Source: Nanobdellota archaeon
GTDB lineage: Archaea > Nanobdellota > Nanobdellia > Parvarchaeales > Parvarchaeaceae
Assembly (NCBI GenBank): GCA_021800365.1
Contig: JAJYZA010000001.1
Coordinates: 85,377 to 145,376 of the forward strand
Direction of reading: 5' to 3'
Length of the DNA: 60,000 nucleotides
Positions 47,856 through 57,893 of this stretch are shown here, piece by piece. Below the pieces are notes generated by a model, which worked only from the letters and a program-made list of their open reading frames with translations, was not told the origin of the DNA and searched no databases. Made by a program: the position numbers and the translations under genes. Each line of letters starts with the position of its first letter. Position 1 is the stretch's first letter.

Positions 47856-49013
47856 ATGAAGTACGGTGAATTCGCGCTTATAGTCGTTGTCCTGCTTGTA
47901 AACGTGGCGATATTCGCCCTTTGGTACACCATCCCGCTTATTTTTTCCAATCTTCTGGATTATAATTATGCACTTGTTAGCGTTCTTTTGGCAGTTATAC
48001 CTGCGGTTGAAATAATCGGTTCTATCCCGATAGGCTTTTACGTGGACCACGGACGTGCCAAAGGCATCGGGGCCGTCGGCACCCTTTTCCTTATCCTTAC
48101 GCCAATAACTTTCGTGATATTCTCCGGAATCAGCCTCATCGCAATGATCTTTTTAGGTATCGGGTCTATCACCACTGAAATCTCTTTAGAAGCGTATATT
48201 TTTAATGTAATCAAGAAGGTGAAAATAAAGTATATCGGCATTGTCTACGGCCTAGCGGGACTGGGCGGGCTGATTGGCGCCACTGCCGGTGGCTTCCTGT
48301 TCCAGTATTATGACATATGGTACCTGCTCGCTTTCATCTCGACCCTATTATTGCTGGCCCTCGCGCTCTTCATTAAGTACCTGCAACCGTTAAACACTTC
48401 GTCAATAAAGAAGCGCAGGTATGCTTATAAAATTCTGAAGGAAGAACGCAGCTTATATAAAAAATTCAGGCATTTCTTGACCGGGCTTTCGATATTTTCA
48501 TTCGTATTCGGCTTTTTCGAATGGGGGGTGTGGCTACTGGTGCCACTGATAATCACCATAAGGTCAGCCGACATATTTTACGGAGGGATAATATACGGTG
48601 TTATCTGCCTGCCATTCGGTTTTGGGAGCCTTTTGGCTAGCCGGGTATACAAGCGAAACAACAAGAGAAGAATAATAATGTCCTCCGTGGGGCTATCAGT
48701 GATAGTTATGCTGTCTACCTCCCTCCTCTTAGGTTTCAGCGCTTACATACTGATTTTATTGCTTTTCGCAAGCCTTTCGATATCTATAGCTTACCTCGCA
48801 CTGTCGGGATACATCCTGGAGAAAGACAGGAAAGACATCGCGGAATTTTACGTTTTTGAAACGATAAGCTATGACGCGGGAGGATTTGTTGGAATACTTA
48901 TTGCGGGCTTTACCGTGATAGCGACAAGCATAACCGCGGTGTCTATAATCTTCTCTGTAATTGCAATAGCCTTCCTGGCATATTTTTCAATAATAAGCAA
49001 GGATGTCAGGTGA
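47856..49013 (+). CDS. MFS transporter
   Basis: 385 aa, about 12 hydrophobic helices, motif-A-like GFYVDHGRAK. Confidence 0.85.
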   Translation: MKYGEFALIVVVLLVNVAIFALWYTIPLIFSNLLDYNYALVSVLLAVIPAVEIIGSIPIGFYVDHGRAKGIGAVGTLFLILTPITFVIFSGISLIAMIFLGIGSITTEISLEAYIFNVIKKVKIKYIGIVYGLAGLGGLIGATAGGFLFQYYDIWYLLAFISTLLLLALALFIKYLQPLNTSSIKKRRYAYKILKEERSLYKKFRHFLTGLSIFSFVFGFFEWGVWLLVPLIITIRSADIFYGGIIYGVICLPFGFGSLLASRVYKRNNKRRIIMSSVGLSVIVMLSTSLLLGFSAYILILLLFASLSISIAYLALSGYILEKDRKDIAEFYVFETISYDAGGFVGILIAGFTVIATSITAVSIIFSVIAIAFLAYFSIISKDVR

Positions 49014-49068
49014 TTGCTCTTTCTAGGACATAAAATACTATTAACAATTTAAGGATTATGACAAAACA

Positions 49069-49830
49069 CTACCAAAACCTTTGATGCTTCGCTAACGAAG
49101 ACGCTGCATTTTTATGGTCTATGACTTCCTTAGTAAGAAAAGACAGCGCTAAAACCACGACAAAACCAATCGTCGCAAAATAGAAGGGATACTGAAAAGC
49201 CGCCCTTGCTGGCAGGGAAATCGAGAGCCCATGAATTAAGTAAGTAGCCGTGAAAGTCGATAACATCGAACCGCTAATCGGGGCCCCTATGCTTGCGCCA
49301 AGATTCCTAAAAACACCATTCAGGGACGTCGCAAGGCCCATCTCGTGAGGATTGACTGACAACACCAGCAGATTCTGCGTCGCTACTTGAAGCACGCCGA
49401 GTCCAGCCGCGGCTACGACTAGATATTCTGCTATCTGCACAGCAGTAGTCGCTGTCGATAAGAACAGAAAACCCATTATACCTAGTATAGAACCTATAAC
49501 AAGAAAACTTTTGACCCCATATTTGGATATCAGTATCCCTATCGGATAAGCAACGACTAATATGGCTATCGCTAATGGCAAAACATAAAGACCCGTCGTT
49601 AAAATGTCAAAACCGAAACCACTCGGCGAGGGACTCTCCACCTCGTATGATATCGCCAAGAACGCAACCATCGCCAGCGCTATCCCTAACCAAACGGCAC
49701 CAATATAATCTAATTTCGCCTTCACGTCCTTGAAGGGAGATTCACGTGCAATAAAAAATAGCAATATCGTCAGTGCAGCTATGAAAGGTATGACAAACCT
49801 TAGATAAGAAGAAGGCCGTCTTAAAATCAT
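49069..49830 (-). pseudogene. truncated 14-TM (DHA2-type) MFS transporter
   Basis: KLDYIGA, FRNLGASIG and ISKYGVK motifs, but no N-terminal half; an apparent internal deletion at LAMV/AFLAISY; begins 3 nt after tRNA-Glu. Confidence 0.65.
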
Positions 49831-49832
49831 AC

Positions 49833-49905
49833 TGCCCCGACCGGGATTTGAACCCGGGTCATCGCCTCGAAAGGGCGATGTCCTTGGCCGCTAGACTATC
49901 GGGGC
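49833..49905 (-). tRNA. tRNA-Glu(TTC)
   Basis: GCCCCGA/TCGGGGC acceptor, TCGCC-CTTTCGA-GGCGA, GGTTCAAATCC. Confidence 0.95.
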
Positions 49906-50009
49906 ACATGTGAATAATGGAAAGCCAGTTCTTAAAGTTTACGATAAAATGACCCAACGTACTTAATAGCTGCTAATTCTCAGAATGTGCGCTGCTTGCT
50001 ACCTCCGAA

Positions 50010-51332
50010 TTACCGGATAACCGATTTATTAAGGATCTCAATGCATCCATCAACATCCTCTTTAGTACATATCAATGGCGGCCTGAACCTTATCCCTTTA
50101 GACCCGCACTTTAATGCAAGCAGTCCGTTCTTAAACAGTTCCTTGTGGTAATTGTCGCGAGTTGCTGTGTCTTTGATATCTATAGCGCACATAAGTCCTT
50201 TTCCGCGCGCCTGAGAGAAAAAATCCGGCTTATCCGCTTCCAGTTCCTTAAGTCTCTTTAGAAGATATTCTCCTACCTTTTTACTGTTGTCGACCAACTT
50301 GTCCTCCCACATTATCTGTATGATCTTTGTTGCTCTTACCATGTCGGCTATGTTACCTCCCCAGGTAGAGTTTATCCTGCTCTCCATATGAAACACGTTG
50401 TCTTTTTCCTCGTCTATTTTGGCGCTGACCATTATGCCCCCCGCCTGCATTTTCTTGCTGAACGCGATGATGTCTGGCTCGATACCAAAGTGCTGGTAAG
50501 CCCACCATTTTCCGGTTATCCCCATCCCGCTTTGCACTTCATCTAATATGAACAGGATATCGTTCTTTTCAGTCAGCTCGCGCACCGCCTTGAAGAATTC
50601 CGGTCTAAAGTAATTGTCGCCGCCCTCCGCCTGAATCGGCTCCATTATGAAAGCCGCTATATCATCGCCGTGTCTGTTTATTGCTCCCCGTATCTCTGAT
50701 AGGCTCTGCTTTTCGCTCTCCTCGACAGTTTTTATATTTTCTTCCAGAGGGAAAATTATCTTTGGGTTTGTGACCCGAGGCCAATCAAATTTTGGGTAAT
50801 ATTCTGTCTTTCTAGGATCAAACGTATTGGTCAACGAAAGCGTGTATCCGCTCCTTCCGTGGAACGATTCCTTAAGATGTATTATTTTGCTTCCGACCTC
50901 GTCTTTGTGTCCCTTAGCAAAATTCTTCCTGACTTTATAATCAAATGCGACCTTTAACGCATTCTCGACGGCTAGCGCGCCCCCGTCTATGAAAAACAAG
51001 TGTTCAGTCCATTCCGGCGCTATCTTTAACGTCTCGTCTATGAACTCGGCCATCTCAATAGTATATATATCGCTGTTCGTCACTTTATTTAGCGAGGCAT
51101 ACTTAAGCTTCTCCAAGAATTCTTTATCAAACAACTTGGGATGGTTCATTCCAAGCGGAGAACTAGCAAAGAACCCGAAGAAATCTAGAAACATTCTATC
51201 TTTTTTAAGGTCATGCAGCTTAAGGCCTTTGCTTTTTTTTATGTCTAATATAAGATCGTAACCACCCGGCACGAGATATCTATTTATCATGTCCCATGCT
51301 TTCTGTGGAGAAACCATAGTAATATCATGCAA
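50010..51332 (-). CDS. lat: L-lysine 6-transaminase (class III aminotransferase)
   Basis: FLDFFGFFASSPLGMNHP, HLFFIDGGALAVENALKVAFD, FHGRSGYTLSLTNT, EPIQAEGGD, DEVQSG, SRINSTWGG. The start may be the ATG at 51317. Confidence 0.9.
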   Translation of the reverse strand: MHDITMVSPQKAWDMINRYLVPGGYDLILDIKKSKGLKLHDLKKDRMFLDFFGFFASSPLGMNHPKLFDKEFLEKLKYASLNKVTNSDIYTIEMAEFIDETLKIAPEWTEHLFFIDGGALAVENALKVAFDYKVRKNFAKGHKDEVGSKIIHLKESFHGRSGYTLSLTNTFDPRKTEYYPKFDWPRVTNPKIIFPLEENIKTVEESEKQSLSEIRGAINRHGDDIAAFIMEPIQAEGGDNYFRPEFFKAVRELTEKNDILFILDEVQSGMGITGKWWAYQHFGIEPDIIAFSKKMQAGGIMVSAKIDEEKDNVFHMESRINSTWGGNIADMVRATKIIQIMWEDKLVDNSKKVGEYLLKRLKELEADKPDFFSQARGKGLMCAIDIKDTATRDNYHKELFKNGLLALKCGSKGIRFRPPLICTKEDVDGCIEILNKSVIR

Positions 51333-51449
51333 CTCATAACATTTATCTGTTTGTGATTGACCAATAGTTTATTATAATGGCATGTATATGGAAATTCCTT
51401 TCGTATTCGATGTACTTAAAGTTTAATTCTACGACGATTTATAATTATA

Positions 51450-53072
51450 ATGGAATCCTTTGAAAATGAAGCTACTTACAGAAAATTTCTAACAGAAAAC
51501 CGCGAAGATGAGTTTGACCGACTTTTCAATGACGCTGTTAAAACCACTGAGGCAAGCATTCTTGGCAAAGAGTTCCCGATTTACATAAACGGGGAACCTA
51601 GAACCTCCAAAGATAAATTAGTGGAACGTTCTCCTATAAACGGAATAATCATAGGCACTTTCCAAAAAGGCGACAGAACTCTAGCAAAGGAAGCAATAGA
51701 CGCTGCAGACAATGCTTTTGAATCATGGAGTTCTCTTGATTACAAAAAGCGTGTAAGCATATTTGAAAAAGCCGCGGATATTCTATCCAAGGAAAAGTTT
51801 TTAGTATCTGCAATAATGAGTATAGAAAACGGTAAAACTAGGTACGAATCAGTAGGGGAGGTCGATGAAGGGATCGATTTCCTGCGCTACTACTCTTATT
51901 TAATGCTAAAGAATCGAGGCTACGTAACTAAAAACAGTTTTAAAGCCGCGGATAAGCAGACTAAGAACCCTGGATTTCAGGGTGCTCCAGGAAGAACAGA
52001 AAAGGTAAAGATAGAGATGAAACCATATGGGGCATTCGGCGTGATAGCCCCGTTCAATTTTCCGATCTCGATATCTATCGGCATGAGTACCGGCGCCCTA
52101 ATAACAGGAAATACCGTCGTATTCAAACCGTCATCATCGTCTAATATGACTATGCTTACTGGTCTAAAAATATTCGAGATTTTAAGAGATGCCGGTCTTC
52201 CAGCAGGAGCATTCAATTACATTACCGGTCCGGGATCTGAAATAGGACAGGAGTTTGTTAACAATCCAAAGATAAAAGGCATAGCGTTTACCGGCTCAAG
52301 AGCCGTCGGAATGAGTATGATAAAAGCCAGTTATGAAGCGGGCAGCCAAAAAGTGTTTGTTGTTGAAATGGGCGGAAAAAATCCGGTGATAGTCTCGAAG
52401 CATGCCGATTTAGATATAGCTACCAAAGGCATTATAAGCTCTGCTTTCGGGTATTGTGGCCAAAAGTGCAGTGCAGCATCGCGATTGCTGATTGATGAAA
52501 CCATAAAGGATGCCTTGCTAGCAAAACTTACAGCCTATGCTAAAAAATTACGCATCGGCAATCCCCTGTTGAAGGAAGTGTATCTCGGTCCACTCATCAG
52601 CGCCGACGCCGTCAATAAATATGATTATGCGTTAGATGAGATAAAAAGAATGGGAAAAGTTTTATGCGGGGGGCATAGGGTTAAAAACGGACTTAGCGAC
52701 TTGTACGTTGAACCTACGATAGCACAAATCGAAAAAGGAAACAAGCTTTTGAAAGAGGAACTTTTCGTGCCGATCCTTTTGATTTCTACTTACAAACGCT
52801 TTGATGACGCCATTAAAATGGCTAACGATGTCGATTATGGACTGACTGCTGGCGTCTATAGCCAGGAACATAGTGAAATCAAAAGATTCTTTGAAAAAGT
52901 TGAATCCGGCGTTATGTACTCCAATAGAGAGATAGGCGCTACTACCGGTGCAATCGTCGGCGTGCACAGCTTCGTCGGCTGGAAAGGAAGCGGGCTAACG
53001 GGTAAAGGCACTGGCAGTAAATATTATCTAGAGCAATTCATGCACGAAAAAAGCGAATCGATGACCATTTAG
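51450..53072 (+). CDS. aldehyde dehydrogenase, P5C-dehydrogenase-like
   Basis: APFNFP, FTGS, EMGGKN, GQKCSA, EELFVP, YGLTAG. Confidence 0.92.
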   Translation: MESFENEATYRKFLTENREDEFDRLFNDAVKTTEASILGKEFPIYINGEPRTSKDKLVERSPINGIIIGTFQKGDRTLAKEAIDAADNAFESWSSLDYKKRVSIFEKAADILSKEKFLVSAIMSIENGKTRYESVGEVDEGIDFLRYYSYLMLKNRGYVTKNSFKAADKQTKNPGFQGAPGRTEKVKIEMKPYGAFGVIAPFNFPISISIGMSTGALITGNTVVFKPSSSSNMTMLTGLKIFEILRDAGLPAGAFNYITGPGSEIGQEFVNNPKIKGIAFTGSRAVGMSMIKASYEAGSQKVFVVEMGGKNPVIVSKHADLDIATKGIISSAFGYCGQKCSAASRLLIDETIKDALLAKLTAYAKKLRIGNPLLKEVYLGPLISADAVNKYDYALDEIKRMGKVLCGGHRVKNGLSDLYVEPTIAQIEKGNKLLKEELFVPILLISTYKRFDDAIKMANDVDYGLTAGVYSQEHSEIKRFFEKVESGVMYSNREIGATTGAIVGVHSFVGWKGSGLTGKGTGSKYYLEQFMHEKSESMTI

Positions 53073-53212
53073 AATCAGCGGGAAAATTTTAAAGTACTTT
53101 AAATTAATTTGCCACTTAGAACACTATTAAGATAATTTAAAATTATTAAATTATATAACCAAAGGAAACAAATGCCTTCAAAAATAAAAGGCTAAAAACA
53201 AAAAAATCGTGT

Positions 53213-53695
53213 TTATGTACCTGTTCCTGATACCGTACCCCTAGCAGTTCCTTGAGTACTCCCTAAGCCACCGTTAGTGTATGTATAGTTTATAACTATA
53301 CTTGCACTGTAATGACTATTTAGAGTACAATCTGCACCCTGAAACCAACCAACGCCGGCAGCGGCGGTCGCTACAACAGTATTTGCCGTAAATATACCCT
53401 TCGCTGTACCTGCAGCGGAAATACCTGTATTGGGCGTTAACACTGCTTGGGTTATCGTAGCAGTGGTTGCACCGCTCGGTAATCCACCCAGTACCACACT
53501 AAGGAAAAGACCGCTACTATTACAGGTCTGCCCACTTACCGTAAAAGGTGTGAAACCCGTCACCGTAGGTCCAGTACTGCTAGATGGCGAGAAAATGCCC
53601 ATTGAGTACAGAACGGCAGCTACAATCACGATGATCAATATGGCCCAGCCATATGTCATCATGTATTCCAATGCTGACTGTGCTTTTCTTTTCAT
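53213..53695 (-). CDS. archaeal type IV pilin (major pilin candidate)
   Basis: MKRKA/QSALEYMMTYGWAILIIVIV class III signal typical of DPANN pilins; TTTAAATA upstream and a T-rich tract downstream. Confidence 0.92.
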   Translation of the reverse strand: MKRKAQSALEYMMTYGWAILIIVIVAAVLYSMGIFSPSSSTGPTVTGFTPFTVSGQTCNSSGLFLSVVLGGLPSGATTATITQAVLTPNTGISAAGTAKGIFTANTVVATAAAGVGWFQGADCTLNSHYSASIVINYTYTNGGLGSTQGTARGTVSGTGT

Positions 53696-53805
53696 GAGGT
53701 TAAGTTGTTTTTTTAGTATTTAAAGCTATTCTTTTATGCGCGTGCATAACTCATCGGAGTTGGGAATTTTCGGAACTAAAGGCGCACCTCAATGCTGCTT
53801 GCGAA

Positions 53806-54468
53806 TTATGTCTTGGAAAAAGGCAATGAGACTGCTACGGCCGAATTAGATAATTCGCTGGCGTAAAATTGGTAATTCCCTGTGGGCAAGCCCTCTATAA
53901 GAATGGCGCTATTGTAAGAAAAAGGCGATGTCTCGTAAGCTAACAGCCTTCGCGCCTGGTTAGGATATACTAAATAAAGACTCGTATTACCGCTGAAACC
54001 GCCGCCATGAACATTTAATGGGTAAGCACTGTTTGTGTAATTTCCATAGAGATATGCTAATTCCACTGCACTATTATTCTGGTATATCGCCAGATTTGAA
54101 AGACCAAACGATTCATTTGCTGTTGCTAACGTGTTTGCTCCGCACGACACGACATTTGTGTTTGATATTAGTGCTGCTGGTACCCCATTGGAGCTTAAAA
54201 GATAGATAACTATAACGCCATCAGATACACTTATGTTGTAATTCTGAAATGCGGTGTTGTTGAGCAAAGGTATGTAAGATACAACCTGTAAACCGCCGGA
54301 TGCAACGACGGTGTTTATTCCATTAGCTATCTGGACGCATATGTTACTCATTGATGAAGCACTAGAATGTGTATTGGAAAACGACACAAAAAAAACTATC
54401 AAAAAAGCGATTATAACAAGTATAAAGCTAACATCTATTACGAATTCAATAGAAAACTGGCTTCGCAT
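53806..54468 (-). CDS. type IV pilin-like protein
   Basis: MRS/QFSIEFVIDVSFILVII with Glu at +5; start corrected to MRSQ. Confidence 0.82.
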   Translation of the reverse strand: MRSQFSIEFVIDVSFILVIIAFLIVFFVSFSNTHSSASSMSNICVQIANGINTVVASGGLQVVSYIPLLNNTAFQNYNISVSDGVIVIYLLSSNGVPAALISNTNVVSCGANTLATANESFGLSNLAIYQNNSAVELAYLYGNYTNSAYPLNVHGGGFSGNTSLYLVYPNQARRLLAYETSPFSYNSAILIEGLPTGNYQFYASELSNSAVAVSLPFSKT

Positions 54469-54527
54469 AGGAAATAGTAATTTATACATATTAATATAGT
54501 ATCTATTCTATACTAAGTATAAACAGT

Positions 54528-55295
54528 ATGTCCCCATCCCCAAAAGATAAGAATTTGGATGCGCTTCTCGTTGATGCTCTAGTACCTAGGGGCGGCGGTC
54601 CATCGATAAAACATAAACTTATGCAACTTTCATTGTTTGCTTACTTAAATGATACAAAAAATCTAGAGGATGTTGAAATGGAATACGAATTAAGGTTCAT
54701 ATGTCAAAAGAAATGCAAAAAGACTAGCCGATACTCGAATAACAAGAAAAAAGAAAAATATTATGCCGGTTGGTCTGTGGATCTTGCACTAGTGTATCTA
54801 GAAAATAATAAAAGAGTATGCGAACTCGTCGAGGTCGAGTCTATAAATGCTGCCAAGTTTTGGGATAGGTTAAAAAATATTTACAGAAAAAGCAAGACGA
54901 TAAATAGAATAGCGGAGAATAAATTTTTAAATGATATCATAAAAGAAGCCGATGAAATAAGAGTCTCCATAGCGCTGGATTCGCGGGGACTGGAAGGAGA
55001 CGATCTTGCGTGCGTTATTGACGAGTTTAAGTCTGTTTATGGGCCTATAGCAAAGAAACTCGCATACTCTGGGACGATAAATGCACATAATCTTTACCTT
55101 CTGAGGGATGATCTTTATGCTTATCTGCCAAAAAGTCTAAACCCTTTGATGCTTGATGGATTGATTAAGGGACCGGGTATAAATGATGAACGGCGGAATA
55201 AAATGAAAAGCGCAATAATTGCTGCATACAACAACATAAAGAGCCTTTACCCCGATAAACTACGTCGACTTTACAATACCGTAAGCTTAGCTTAG
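54528..55295 (+). CDS. hypothetical protein, possible PD-(D/E)xK nuclease fold
   Basis: SIKH...VEMEY...VDLAL...LVEVES spacing; basic protein. Confidence 0.55.
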   Translation: MSPSPKDKNLDALLVDALVPRGGGPSIKHKLMQLSLFAYLNDTKNLEDVEMEYELRFICQKKCKKTSRYSNNKKKEKYYAGWSVDLALVYLENNKRVCELVEVESINAAKFWDRLKNIYRKSKTINRIAENKFLNDIIKEADEIRVSIALDSRGLEGDDLACVIDEFKSVYGPIAKKLAYSGTINAHNLYLLRDDLYAYLPKSLNPLMLDGLIKGPGINDERRNKMKSAIIAAYNNIKSLYPDKLRRLYNTVSLA

Positions 55296-55365
55296 ATATT
55301 TGGGGATTTACAATGTCGGCATAAAACTTTTAATAGTATTAAAACTTTCGCTTCTATAGATATCA

Positions 55366-56313
55366 ATGCAAAACGTGAGAAAATATTTGAATAGGTCGAT
55401 TGAGCGGTTAGTGGATTATTACCTTAAAAACTACCGAAAAATGATCTTCATCCCAATAGCCTTCATAATCTTCTTTGCTGCGTCTATAGGCTACCATTAT
55501 TATACACATGGTGAAGTCGTAAACGAGGATCTGTCGCTTGCGGGGGGAATATCGCTGACATTAAATACTAATCACAGCGTTTCGGCTTCACTTATAACCA
55601 GTAATCTTTCAACTGCACTTAACAGTCCCGTATCTGTGTCTGTGCTTCATGCACAGTTCTCCAACGCTATCACAGGATATGCGATAACTGCGGGTATAAA
55701 TGTAAATACAACCCAGTTTACGAATGCGGTATCAAAACTTTTCGCCATGCCAGTAACTTCCGCGAATTCTAACATAGATTATGTCAGTGCTACGATTGCG
55801 CAGGGGGCGCTTTATGACTCGCTGATTCTCTTAGGGGCCGCATTTATCTTGGTCGCAATCGTATCGCTATTTTATTTTAGGAATTTATCCCAAGCGTTCT
55901 CGAATGTAATAAGTATAATAAGTGATGTGATAAACGTTGTCGGGCTGTTAGACTTGCTGGGTATAAGCTTTTCTACGGCATCCATAGCAGGAATACTGAT
56001 GATAATGGGCTATTCCGCTGACAGAAACATAATACTAGCTACCAATATCCTTAAAAGAGAGGAAGCTAACATGAAATATCGCTTGCTGCACACGATAAAG
56101 ACCTCGCTAACCATGGATGCTGCGGCGTTTGTGACGTTTATTGTCCTATTTTTCGGGACAACCAATTCTCTTATACAGAATATCGCGATAATACTCGTAT
56201 TTGGTGTCCTGTTTGACGATTTTTCGGTGTGGATACTGAACGGATCCATTCAACTTGCCGGAATAGGGTACCACGAAGAGATTAGTAAGCCAACTCAGAA
56301 CAAAAACATATGA
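55366..56313 (+). CDS. secF: protein translocase subunit SecF
   Basis: DLSLAGG, AGILMIMGYSADRNI, six TM. Confidence 0.9.
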   Translation: MQNVRKYLNRSIERLVDYYLKNYRKMIFIPIAFIIFFAASIGYHYYTHGEVVNEDLSLAGGISLTLNTNHSVSASLITSNLSTALNSPVSVSVLHAQFSNAITGYAITAGINVNTTQFTNAVSKLFAMPVTSANSNIDYVSATIAQGALYDSLILLGAAFILVAIVSLFYFRNLSQAFSNVISIISDVINVVGLLDLLGISFSTASIAGILMIMGYSADRNIILATNILKREEANMKYRLLHTIKTSLTMDAAAFVTFIVLFFGTTNSLIQNIAIILVFGVLFDDFSVWILNGSIQLAGIGYHEEISKPTQNKNI

Positions 56314-57893
56314 GCGAAACTAAAAGTTTACTGAAGAATTGGAGAGTTTTAGTGATGATTGCGGCTATTGCAATAGCCGTTCTAGCTATCCAGCCAAATG
56401 TAACTGGAGTTAATGGCGCTAAAGTAATATACCTCGCTTCGAATTCTTATCTGGGTAATCTAAGCGCGCTTGGCTCTACGAGTCTCGGGATAAATTCGAT
56501 AATAACGTCCATTGATGGCGTGCAAATCACAAATACGCAACAATTTTATTCCGTACTAAATTCAACTGCACGTATCAACAGTACCGTGACTATTGGTTAT
56601 GAAAATGAACTTTTCCCTTATGTATACGATCATTCTACGGTTACTTTACTGATAACTAAAACCACCCCGTTGAATGCTACCCTTATACAAGTACAGGATG
56701 TGTCATTTACAAACCTAGACTATGGCTTGGATATAATCGGAGGAACACAAATACTGGTTGCGCCGAATACGACTAAAACAAATTCATCTACAATAAATAA
56801 TTTGCAAACCGTATTATCTACCCGCTTGAACACCTTCGGCCTTAGTGGTATTTCTGTAAGTGTGATACAGACACTTTCACAAAACTCATATATAATGATA
56901 AGCATGCCAAACGTAGGCGAAAGTCAGGCGCTTTCACTGATCCAAAACCAGGGATTATTCTATGCTAAAATCGGAAACAACACTGTATTTAATAGCACCA
57001 ATAAGAGTGAAGGCATATTAACTGTTTGTCTTACATCTAGCTGCCCATACGGCGGTGCAATACTGCCCGCTTCTCAAAACGGAGTTTACCAGTTCAGCTT
57101 TGGCATCGAACTTAGCAGACAGGCGGCACTCAATTTTGCCAGCGCAACGAAGAACTTATCTATAGGTGCAGGCGGTTATCTTAATGAGCCGATAGTCCTT
57201 TACTTGAATGGCAAGCAGATGTCTTCATTATCTATATCCTCTGATTTAAGAGGTCAGGCGCAGCAGGATATACAGATAACCGGTTCTGCCCAAACTTATC
57301 AACAGTCACTCAACCAAATGAAAACGCTTCAATCGGTTTTCGAGAGTGGAAGCCTGCCTACTCCGATAAAGATAATATCCATCCAGTCAGTTTCTCCTAC
57401 TGCAGGGTCGCAGTTCATAAATCAAATATACCTATTGTTACTGGTTGCTTTCTTGGCAGTAGCGGTTGTGATGTTTTTAAGATACAGAGATTACAGGATT
57501 TCTTCGATTATACTCATAACCAGCGTGGCAGAAATTATCATAGTAATAGGCGTTGCTGCGCTTATTAACTGGACCCTTGATATCCCAAGCATAGCCGGTA
57601 TAATAGCTAGTATAGGGATATCTGTAGATGACCAGATAATAATAACCGATGAGATAATCCGCGGTTCTTCGCAACTCGAGTATGCAACTATAAAGAGAAG
57701 AGTAAAGAGGGCATTCTTCATAATATTCGCTTCTTTCTTCTCATTTTCAGCGATAATGTTCCCATTGCTATTCTCTACAGCAAGCCTCTTCACTGGTTTT
57801 GCCCTTACAACCATACTGGCTTCGCTGATTGGATTACTTATAACAAGACCAGCATATGCACAAATCATAAGCACAATAAAGGGGACTGTATGA
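56310..57893 (+). CDS. secD: protein translocase subunit SecD with N-terminal PDZ-like insert
   Basis: YGLDIIGGT, RLNTFGLS, SGSLP, IAGIIASIGISVDDQIII, ITRPAY. Confidence 0.93.
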   Translation: MSETKSLLKNWRVLVMIAAIAIAVLAIQPNVTGVNGAKVIYLASNSYLGNLSALGSTSLGINSIITSIDGVQITNTQQFYSVLNSTARINSTVTIGYENELFPYVYDHSTVTLLITKTTPLNATLIQVQDVSFTNLDYGLDIIGGTQILVAPNTTKTNSSTINNLQTVLSTRLNTFGLSGISVSVIQTLSQNSYIMISMPNVGESQALSLIQNQGLFYAKIGNNTVFNSTNKSEGILTVCLTSSCPYGGAILPASQNGVYQFSFGIELSRQAALNFASATKNLSIGAGGYLNEPIVLYLNGKQMSSLSISSDLRGQAQQDIQITGSAQTYQQSLNQMKTLQSVFESGSLPTPIKIISIQSVSPTAGSQFINQIYLLLLVAFLAVAVVMFLRYRDYRISSIILITSVAEIIIVIGVAALINWTLDIPSIAGIIASIGISVDDQIIITDEIIRGSSQLEYATIKRRVKRAFFIIFASFFSFSAIMFPLLFSTASLFTGFALTTILASLIGLLITRPAYAQIISTIKGTV

